Below are positions 52,448-64,000 of a stretch of 64,000 nucleotides of DNA, in pieces. The number at the start of each line of letters is the position of its first letter. The first letter of the stretch is position 1. This stretch comes from Paragordius varius (taxonomy: Eukaryota; Animalia; Nematomorpha), in the NCBI GenBank assembly GCA_964247055.1, contig OZ176052.1, positions 4,278,001 through 4,342,000 on the forward strand, read 5' to 3'. The position numbers and the translations under genes are program-made. Below the pieces are notes generated by a model. That model did not search any database, had not been told where the DNA came from, and was given only the letters and a program-made list of their open reading frames with translations.

Positions 52448-55400
52448 GTTTATAGATGAAACATTATCGTTTCCAGCTCTATTGAAATATATGGTTGATA
52501 AAGATTTTAAGCATGATATTACTCAAAAGGCTATACGATGAATCTATATGATAGAAAAGATATATATGATTAATGTATGAACTTATATAAAATTTGTTTT
52601 GTAAAAAATAAAAATAAATAAAATCAATAAAGGCTTCATTTATTGATTCTTCGGACAATAGTATTTTTAATATACGCGACATTTAACAAAAATTCAATCG
52701 TATTAATACCGAATTGAAAAACACCCTTTTTAATTTTTTCCATATGAAGATAAACTTAATCCTTGTGGGTAAAGGGATATACATTCCACCAGCATACAAT
52801 CAGTGATTGGTTTCTATAACAGACTCTATCAGAGTCGCTATAAGATTGTTTACAACAAAATATGGCTTAACATAAAGATATGGCCATGCCATTATATTTT
52901 CCTTTACTCGTCGAATCGATGTGAAACAGTATTTTTTAGTTTCAAACATCAGTTCTTTTCGGGCACTTCCGTTTTTCTCTCGTGTAGCTATATGGTTATC
53001 TATTATGGTCTAAATCTCAACTTGCTGTACTAGTTGCCTTAGTTTTTTAATATATCTAACATAATTTTTTAGCAAAAATATATCACGCAAATCACTCTAT
53101 GCATATTCATTTGTGTAATATAAAAATGGCTGGCAATCTTGATGTTGCTCCACGCCTCAGTGTACAGCATTGTGGACTGAACCCGTATATTTTACTTATT
53201 ATTAACAAATATCGCTTTTTTGGTATTATAATATCTTGAATGCAGGCTATTGTTGAGGACTAATTGTTGGTATATACCTTTAAGACAGCCCTAAACTTAT
53301 ATAAATTCGATAAATATTTAATTTAAAATATGAATTTTGTAAAGCGCTTTTAATTTCGGAAAACATATTACACAAAAAAGTACATTAAAAAAAAGTTAGC
53401 CCTATTTTAAGGAAAAATATTTTGTTTTATTATAATAATCACTGATATTAAATAGTCACATTTATAAACGGTCAGACGAGTTATACAACGTATCTTTTTA
53501 CGACATTCTAGCAACTTTTGTAAATCATAATTAAGATGTTAAAAGTATCCGTTATTATTCCTATATAGGGTATTAATAAAGAAAAATAGATTTAAATTTA
53601 TATTTTTATGCGATTTAATAGGTAAATTATAACTTATTCTTAAATTTTAGTAAGGATCGATATTAAAATACGAAAAAGCAAGCAATAAATTTTAAACTGT
53701 GCATGACAAGTTTCAATTATATTTCCGAGAAGAAAATTGATATTCAAGAGTGATGTTAAAAAACACACCTACTTTGCAAACAAATAAATTAATCAAAATT
53801 TTAACTTTTCTTCTTCTGATGAAAGTTTGTATATAACTGTTAATTTCAATTAAAGACCAACATGTATAACAAGTTAACACGCAGCTCTAGAATCTCAAAT
53901 TTTTGATATATATTTATCAAAAATCAAAGACTAAAAGGCAATAGCTAGAAGTCACAGTGTGTGTGGACGAACATGGAATTTTTGATGTAATTGATTAAAG
54001 TAAAAACATTTTTTGGAAAAAGGGGGACACAAAATATGTCACGAATCAAAATAACAATATACATAAAAATATCTTCAAATTTCAAAAACAATTTTAGAGT
54101 AAATTCAATAGTTTATTACCCATTATGCCCAACCAATAACACAATTTAGTATTATTTAGTCCAACTAATAAAATTTTAAATTTTAGGTTATTCATTTATT
54201 TTCCTTCGTTAGTTATTTTAAAATCGACTATTTTGCTCTATTCTAAAAAATTTACTATTAGAACTGCAAGATGTCCCAAGTCGTTTTATATTAACAATAA
54301 AAAAAATTACCATTACAACAGAACTTAATAGATATGTAATAAAGAAGACCAGGAAAAAAATCGATTGAGAATCTTAATAAATTGCAATTTATAAAATGCT
54401 TACTTCTTATTTATTCTCTATTGTTTCCCCCTTTCATTGCCTATCTTTATTTATATTACAGTCATGTATGTTTAGAATTGTCAGATATACGTTTTTAATT
54501 GATTTTACTTTGTTTTTAATTGTTTACAATAAATAAGCCATTATTATTTTAATGCTTAAAAATGCGCATGTTGAAAGTTGACATATCAAACATTAAAACA
54601 ATTAAAAACATATTATAATCATTTAAAAACGAATTTCTATCAATTCTACATATACATGACTGTAAAACAAAATGTAATATAAGTTTGCCTTAAACTGTAC
54701 TATCTAAATGTGTTATTGTTAAATTATCAATTCTCCAAAAAGAAAAATAAATTTTAAAACCAAAAAAATTATTTTAAATCCTTTAATTTTAGCACGATTC
54801 GGGTTTAATTATATGAGAATAGACATTCAAACAAGAAATTTTAGGCCCGATTGGGAAGACAAGCGTAGATAAAATAAATGTTCTTAAAGAGTATCTCAAG
54901 GTTTTTTATAAAATTATGAGATTAATATATCTAAATTTTATTTTAAAACACTGGGTACAGTTATTTAAAAGTAAATACCTTGACTAATGAATTTTGCATA
55001 AAAATCTTCCGCTTGATCTAATACTATTGCACCATTGATCTGAATAAATCAAAAATATGTTTTTTTATTATAATTTGGTAAAGTATTCAAGCAATCGAAA
55101 TACATATATATTAAAAAAGTAGCCAGTTTGAATCTATGATTGGAATTAAAAGTTAAAGTATTTTTATAATCTCATCATAATTTAAATTGTAAAAAAATAT
55201 TTTTTATACACGGTCAAAATACAATGTAGAGAAAAAAATTATGCTTGTACCAAAAATGTATATATGTAATAACAATACATAAACATACAAAAAATATTAA
55301 AAAATAAATAAAAATAAAAAATAATTTGTACATTTACACATATGTTAAAATTATTATTTTTATAAATACAAGAAACAACTTTGTATGTGTAAAGAGATTA

Positions 55401-58400
55401 CTAAATGAGATAATGTTTTTGATTTCTTTAAAATTAAGATGTGTCCAACGTCCCTAAAAAAGACGTAAAGGTAAGAAAATGCCAAAATTTAGTTATGCAT
55501 ATTTATGTTTTTCCAAGCGAAAAAATTAAAGTTATTTTTATTTAAACTTTTTCATAAATTTTTAGAGGAAAATCATAATAAACAGATTAAAATAAAAAAA
55601 TAAACCTTGTAGTTCATAATTGAAATAATATGGGCATGGCTTTATTTTTGATCCGAAACACTTTTATTGATTGGAAATAGTAGTGTTTAGAATGATTTGG
55701 GATGTCTAGACAACTTAAACGTGGATTAGCATATCAATTTAGCAAAATTCATTTAAAATTATATACCAAGGTATTAAAAAATAAGGAAATATATTGTCTA
55801 TAAAAATTATTTAGAGTCACATACGAAGTAGATTTTTTAAGCTCCATAGTTTTTTGTAACTTAAGACGAAGATCTTTGAATAATTTAGATGTGTTTTTAC
55901 AATAAGAATGGTTTTTCCTTATATTTGTTATCTAAAGTTTATAGTAAGGACCTGATAGAAACTGGAATAGAACAAAAGTTATAACTCATATCACTTAGAA
56001 GGAAGAACAAAACATTACTTTTTTCATTATTCAAAAACAATAACCTATTTATCATTAAAATTTTTCAAATATTGTTAATTTAATTTTATTTAAAGCTCTC
56101 AAACCTAACTTCAAATTGTATATTAAGGCGAAAATCTTATAAAAATATGGAATTTATAACATGCATAATATAAGCATGTTTTGTAAATCATAAATGCACA
56201 TTAAAGCCAAAAAGATTCCGCCTAAGATTATAAAAAGAGTTATTCAACATCTTTTGCTTAATAATCGTTTTGAATTTTATTGATGTTTTAGGACCATTCT
56301 TCATTAAAACAAATGGTATTTCTAAGTTACCTTAAAGCTTAACAAAGTATAATTAGAATTCATGGTGTGTCATTGATTAGATAAGTAAAGGACAATATGA
56401 AATTACAAAAAATTATTTTGTTTTTTTTCCTGTTCCAGGGGAAGATTAGTCGTGTATTTAGTTACACGTAATCATTTTTTTCTAAATTTCTTCTTTCTTC
56501 CTGTGACAAGGCAGAGATTTTTTACATCATTTTTTTGTTATCGATTATTTCAGCAGTATAGTGTTGACTTGGTTTTTAGTTATATGCATTCTACGTATAC
56601 ATTAAACAATAGTAGATAACTAATACCTAAATTAATTAAGAACGGATGAAAACTGCAACACGCATTTTATCAATTTGTTAAGGGGCAGTTAAATTTAATC
56701 ATTTCTATTGTTCAATTAATTGTTTAACCTTTAAAAATTGTGAGAAATTTTTAATATGGGTGTCATATACAAAAGCGAAAAGGATTTACTAACAAATTAC
56801 GGTCATCATATAACCAACTAATACCATGTTAGACTGATTATTTTTTCTCACTAAAGCTGCAGAGAATTGGACAATAAAGAAGGTCATGAAAGATATTAAA
56901 AACACTTTTGGGGAAAGATACCGAAAATCAAATAGAACTAATATGTATGAATAAAACTCATGCTTCGATCTTGTTGCCAAAGCTAATAATAGCTGGTAGC
57001 AAAAGACGAAGGCTCCAAAAACGGTGCCTGTGACAGCACTGGATTGACGATCTCTGAAACGAAACTATTTACAGTTGACCACTCCACTCAATAAACCCGC
57101 AAAACGCAGACATCGAGCCATGCTATAGTTTGTAACTTAAATTATCTGTAAAGCTCCTTTTAAAGCATGAAAACAAGAAATAGTGACTAAGATTGATTAA
57201 TATTTGCACCAGTGGCGGAACTATAGGATCATAACAAAACCTTTTTTTTTTCCTAGGTAATACAAATTATGCTTTTTTTTGTTTTTTGAAGGGGTAAGCG
57301 GGTTAGCATATTAGAGAATAGTTTTCATGTGTTCATATACACTCCCTTCTCCTCCCATATGAGTTATTATCATTTTTTAAAGCAGTAGATTTACTCTACA
57401 AAATATAAAAGATTAAAATAAATTATTTGAGAAAGGGGCGTAGCCATTTAAACACTTTGATGCCATGTCCGTTACATTGTGCTCTAATCGATATACTTTT
57501 GAGTAAATAACAAAGTAAATAAGGTACTTCCAAAAGCCAAAAAACTCGTCGTAAAACTATATCGAATGCACAAAATTCCGTTAAAAAAGTCTTTTGACTA
57601 GCGCTACTTCAAACATTACCATTATTTTTTTGGTTAACTTAAGTAAAACAAATGATTAAATTACATATTCGCTTCATTACTAACCAATTCGTTTTCTTTA
57701 TCTACAATTTAAATTGCTTCATAGGCTACGTTTCCTCTTAATTACTTATATACAATTTCCAAATTTACACTGTACTATCAACATTAGATTTTAATGGTCT
57801 GTTAGTCTACATAATTTTATCGTAAACATTAAAAATTGTTTGAAAAATATTTATGTTGTAACATATTAAATTAGTTTTTAATGACATTTTTACTCGTGTA
57901 CAACATATATTAAAATTCTAAAATTATATATAAAAAACTACAAAAACCATTAAAACTATCCTTATTAAATCGTAAATTATGTACTACAATTAATAAACAA
58001 TTTGCATTTTCCCTTGAATTTACTATCACTATGTTCTAGAACCAACAATTAAGCTTTAATATTTAAAATAGGAAAATGAATTCGACTAATTGAAAATTTT
58101 GTATGGATACATTTAATTAACATTTTATAATTCCCTAATGGAAATTATTGTAAATTAAAATATAAAAATTAATATTATGGCACATAAAATTTTATATAAA
58201 ATAAGGAAGGAACGTTAAAATGAAAATTCGAAATAATTCATAAATTTAGTTTTGTGCTTTGTGTCTCCTGGGATGGATCACAAGAAATTGATTTTCACAT
58301 CATTATGAAAAATATAATTTAAATTATAAATAAATTGATACAGATATATTCAAATTAAAATTAACCTAATAGCTTATTATTATATTTGAAATAAATTATA

Positions 58401-61400
58401 ATCTTGCGTATATATAACATTTAATTAAAAACCTAAAATCTCCGAAAAATCTAGGTATAGACTCTTACGATCCAAATATCAATTAGGATACTTTAAGCCA
58501 AGTCTTAAGATTTATTTCATATCAGTCACACTTTCAGCGTGTGTAAATCATGTATCTACAATATATATATTTTTAAAGGCATCGATTCCATGGCTTGTTT
58601 GAAAATATTCGTGATACGAAAATAAATTTAGGTCATTTCTAATATTTTGGAATAATAAACAGTCAAAACTAAAGGTCCTAAAGGCATACATATGGGGTTA
58701 TATGCTTGTAATATATGTAATTTCTGTACCAAAAAATATATTTTTTGCTTAAATCCTTGTATTTTTATTATATTTTAAAGGCCTTCCATAGTAGCATTTT
58801 AATTAAAGTTGCACTAAAGAGAGTTAAGACTTTTAAAGAAAATATATATTGAAAAAGCTATAATTATAAATTATAAAATAGCTATTACAGAATTTAATAA
58901 AACTTACCATATTATTTAGTTTCAATTTACCCAAGACTAGGGTACTAAATGCGGAATTGGGAAATATTAAGTTAAGTATCCCTTAACTCTTAACCCTATA
59001 AACAACCCTAATGGAAATAAAGATATGAGGAACCAAAAATAAAGTTAATTACATAAAAAATTGACAGTTCTTTCTTAATTCGGGTTTTAAAAATAATTGG
59101 TAGTTTTTACATATTTTGGGCTTCGAATTTTTTAATTTAACTGAGATGAAAGTATTGTATTTTTAAACCCTACAAATATTTTTCGCGAAAAACTATATAA
59201 TGGATTGGTTTTCATATCTCTATTACAACGTAAATATCAGGGAGCCGATTACGTTCTTACCGGTTCCACATAATATATTGAAAAAAACCGAAAGAAATAG
59301 CTACGGTTAAGAAAATTTACAAATTTTCCATTGTTTTTTCAATAATTGATTTGGGATTTAGTTCCATTTCTAGTATTTACGGATATCCTATTGGATGAAA
59401 TGAGATAAATGTATCCAAAAAAATTTATATTATTCATTTTTAGGACAATAAACCATTTACATTTCAAATTAACCCTAAAATAAATTATATGTAATTGAAT
59501 ATGAATAATTACATAATTTTTAAAAAATGAAATTTCGTTTAAAATTGACTTTATACTGAAAAGGTAAAAAATTGTGCTATAATTTATTTTTGGGGTGAAT
59601 TTACGATTGGATTAAAATTTTTCAAGGATAAATAGGAGTTGTTTCGAAAGGATGTTTTATTATTACAAATTTTAAGGTTCAATCGGTTTTACGGTTTCAA
59701 ACCACTTGAATTTTTTATTTTCGGTTCTTAAAACATCTGGTTCATATTCCACAAAACCAGCTTCAGTTTCAATTTTTTGTAAAAGTCACCTAATTTTTAA
59801 TAAGCTTTTATATAATATTTATATTAATCATTATTATACTTTTTTTTAATTTTATAAAAAATAATGAAACTGTTGTCTCGTTCATTGCAGACGTTGTGGA
59901 AAAATAGTTTTGGATAAAAATTTTTTTTAATAATATCAATATTATACAATTATAATTTATTAAAAACTCCTCCCACTTTATCCAGCGTACCCCCCAATAT
60001 CAACAAGATATAAAAGATAGACGTTTCAATTAATATGCATACATAATTTATTATGAAAAAAATATATTTTTGACATCTCTTAGTCCCGTCGTATCTTACC
60101 CATTATGTTAGAATACATTATTCATATAAGAAATAAAAAATAGGGGAAAATACGGACAAGGCAGAATAACTATATAAATTAAAATTATTGCATAATTAAG
60201 TATTCATGAATGAATTTAAACGGATTTTTTTGGAGACTTAAAAGTGTCAACCATTTTATTCAAATAAAATATTTGTCACATCTTTACCCAATAAATTAAT
60301 TCTTCTTTTTTCTTAGTAGTATATATATCATTTTTAGGAAATACCTTTAATATGTTATTGTAGTGTAGTATGTAAATTGAGCCTCAAGTATAATTTTTTA
60401 AGTTTTGGTAGCTTTCTTTGCTCTTGCGTTTTGTAATAATATAATAAGCAGGGAGCAGATGAACTAGACAAGATTTCTTATCTTCCTCTAAATTTATATA
60501 TAATTCTTACATATAACATGCAAACAAAACACCATCCTCATACATTATCTTTTTTCATGAAATACGAAAATGATAATTTCATATTTATGTAATATGTTGG
60601 TTGTTGTTACTACTTATCATTATTATTTTATTATAAAACCACACCATAAATATACTGTGATACAAATTTTTTGGATTATTTGTATGTAATGTCTGGTTTT
60701 GCGTTTAGATAGATAGAGATATATAGTATCCACAATCCATTTTATAAATATATATCTATAAATTTTTGAAACATTTAAGCTAAGCGATGAGATTTTTGGT
60801 TGTGAAATGACCCCACCCAGCTTATCTAATTTTTTGTGCACAGCATAATATTTCCTCACATCACCAATGAGTTCAACTTTAATTATAAAATTGTAATCTA
60901 TCTATGATTATTGTTCTGAACTATGGGGGTTATTTTTTATACTTGTAAAAAATAAAACGGCTGTTAGTGTTATATTTCGTAAAAATATAAATTGGCATTC
61001 GGACAAGCATAATATTTATCAGGATGATTGATGAATTAATAACTTTTAAGCCAAGAGCTTAGGTCTTCTAACATATAAAATAATTTATTTGTCCGAATCA
61101 TTTTAAGGATATTTTTGGATAAAATGGATGCAATAGAGAATTTTTATACTTTGTTATAAAGTTTTAAATTAAAAGAAAGTTTAATACCAAACATTTATAA
61201 TGTTAAACACGTCTCTAAAATTGTATGATTATTAAATGGTAAATTTCTAGCTATAAACCGATTTAATTTTATGTAGTTAAATAAATTTTGAGTGGCATTA
61301 CAGTAACGATCACTAGGCCATCTATATTTTAAATGGCTAAAATAGTATTTAAATTTGTAGCCTTGTTAGAGGTATTGTGTTTTTATAAAATATTTACTTG

Positions 61401-64000
61401 AACACTGTATTTTCTCGATAATTTTTAAAAAATATGAGCAAGAAAAACAATAAAATATTTGTTATCACATAGTTTCTCTATTTGCAATTTAAAAGAGTCA
61501 TATAACCAAAAATATGGCTAATAAATGCATAATAATGTATTAAATTGCTTAAATTTTATCATAGGCTTTTACTTGTGAGGGAGAGGAGTGAGGATCTATT
61601 TCAAGTTTTAAAAAAAAATTTATCAATTTTTTTACCCCAAATGTTAGGGTACAATAATTACTTAAATTATTCTTTTAATATATATATATATATATATATA
61701 AATTTAATTATGTTATAATCTAAAATCAAAAAAGGAAGAAAGTAAATTATTTAAAACTAAAACTTAGATAAGGATGTGCAACACATATGACTTAATGGGT
61801 AGCATTCGAAATGTATATGTGTTCCCCATCTTAGACATTTATACTGTAAAATACAAACCAATAAAATAATTTTACTTCTGGTCAATTGAAACTCATTTAG
61901 ATTTTTTTTTGAGAAAAATCATTTTTATGATTTTATGAACATATTGTTGCAAATCTGGATTTTCAAAGTTTTCGCGGGCCACCCATAAGTCAAGGAGGGC
62001 CTTACGGGGCCTGTGAGCCTCGTGTTGTAACTCCTTAGATGATATGTGAACATCTCTCATAAGTGGTAATCGTTCACTAGTTTCGTGCTTGCTTGATTCA
62101 CTCATCACTAAGTTACCATATAACTATTTAACTAAATCCGGGGTATTTAACATATATGGCTAAGTGGGCTGCACTTGAAAAACATATTGGCATTTTTAAA
62201 TATTTTATAAGATTTCAAACATAAGACTGTTATAATTCATTGCTAATTGAATGACTTATTCAAAAAAAATTGTTTTAGAAACATCAATTTTACTAAAATT
62301 TTGTAAGCATATATTTGCAAATTATAGAACTTCATGTTTTTGAGCTCAAAAGACTCGGATGATTGCTTGTCGGATACCCTTGCTTTAAGAAACCAAATTT
62401 TTTAGTTGGATATTTAAACTATTTAGATTTCTTCTTATATTTATAGCCATTAACCTAGGGCCTTAATTTTTTAATGCTACATTATCAAGTGGTCTATTTC
62501 AAATACATAATTAAAAATATTTAAATTATTTAAAATTTGGGTTAACGAAAGTAAAAGTCATACAATAAAGAGGCTCAATAATTTACTACACTAAAACATG
62601 GATAGAGATATATTAATAAATATTTATAAAGGAACAGATCCATTGTCTGGAACAAACCTAGCTAATTTTTAAGCGTTAGTTACATGTTTCTAGCACAATT
62701 TATGCACAGTGTAATTGATTTAATAAAAACTTAAAGACCAAACCAAAAATAAATGGTCTTATTCCAAATTGGCATTGCATTTTTTCACTATACATGGTCA
62801 ACTGGGCACTGCAATTTTAATCATATTAATTTCTTTTTATTTATTCATAATAATTATTATACGTTACTTTTATTACATATTATTATTCAAATACAAATTA
62901 CAATACAAATTAAAACATTGGCTTTAATTTATTTTATTTGGGAATATTTAGTGTTTTTTGGTCATTTTTATTATCATAATTGAATCACGAAATGTTTTGA
63001 ATACAAAATAAGACATCCCCCAGGCACATGCTAAAATATTTTGTAGAAACAACAAATGTTAATTTTTTTCTTATGGGTTTAGAAAAAATGAATGTTAAAT
63101 TATTTTCAACATAATATATGCATTTTGACAAAACGTTAAAAATGAATTTTAACAAAACAAAATAACCAGTCCAGCACATCTCCTCCATTATGTACACAAA
63201 TTAAATATCTTATTATTATTATTATTAATATTGAATTACAGTTCATGTTTACATATAAATGATTAATGATATAGGCGGGGCATAATGCATTTTTATGTAC
63301 AAATGAAAGAAATGTAAAAACATAAATATGAACTTTAAAATTTTTTTGACGCAAATTCATTTATCAAGAATTACAGTATGAGTAACTATACATTACTAGA
63401 AAGTTATTAATTATTGCCAAATAGCATATATAACAAAGGGCAGGTTTGTTGGCTTACAGTTATTTTTTTCACTTTTTATTATTATTAGTTAATAAAACTC
63501 TCTTTTCTGCATTTTAATTAATAACTTTCTTGCAATATATACTTTATAAAAAATTTATGGTACAGTAGAGAAATATGTACTATGTCAGCAAATATAATTT
63601 TTTCGTTTGTAATATTACAATTTCTTACATAGAATAACGAGAGTTATTGTTGGCCTGTGATTTAATTTACAAGTGGTATGTTTGATTAAAATTAAATTAA
63701 AATTATTGCTAACATGATATTTCTTCTCCACAATCAATGAACATATCAATGCTAAAAAACAAAAAACTAAAACTTTTTAGTCAATTAATACCGTAATCGC
63801 CAATAATGGCTCTTTTTAGTGCAGTAAAATTTTTGGCTTGCTTATAGGTATATAGAATTTTAGTCAATTAAAAACCTTTTTCTTAAAACGATTAAAGTTG
63901 GATAATGCACAATTATGCATGTTTATTTCTAAAATATCGTAAATCTTTTTTCAATGGTATACGGATTTCATCAAGAGTCTTTTAATTAAAAGGCTATAAG

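Noticed and set aside
56789-57125. Near-open frames on both strands, possibly a gene or a LINE 3' remnant
   Set aside because: Internal stops in every frame, no convincing motif, and no consistent splice partners.
57206-59770. Isolated TE-end-like motifs (CAGTGGCGGA, AGGGGCGTAGCC, AACCG/CGGTT clusters, GGGTGAATTT)
   Set aside because: Fragments without matching paired ends or TSDs; probably old MITE debris that cannot be delimited.

Overview
This is strongly AT-rich eukaryotic (invertebrate animal) genomic DNA; the species cannot be determined from the sequence. I assembled four confident or probable spliced/unspliced genes by hand. (1) The 3' ~3,100 codons of a bark beetle/anakonda-like tricellular-junction receptor (<1-13917, +). 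(2) A 1.4-kb ARM-repeat gene resembling the meiotic telomere protein TERB1 (16428-15035, -), largely invisible in the ORF track because all its introns are only 22-41 nt. (3) MELK kinase (31479-46765, +), whose first four introns are 22, 29, 23 and 22 nt and whose remaining 14 are 236-3511 nt. (4) An XK-related scramblase encoded in one long ORF (52447-49292, -). There is also a candidate two-exon secreted peptide gene (24063-23160, -). Mobile DNA includes a young Ty3/gypsy LTR element nested in an internally inverted Buster-type hAT transposon, a second hAT element carrying unexplained coding-like cargo and a nested MITE, an IS630/Tc1 transposase relic, a tandem Helitron concatemer in MELK intron 5, and five copies of a foldback-like MITE built from 21-bp repeats. 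The most striking signal is a class of ultra-short spliceosomal introns (none a multiple of 3) coexisting with ordinary long introns in the same genome and even the same gene. All gene models are manual and homology calls come from remembered family motifs, not database searches.
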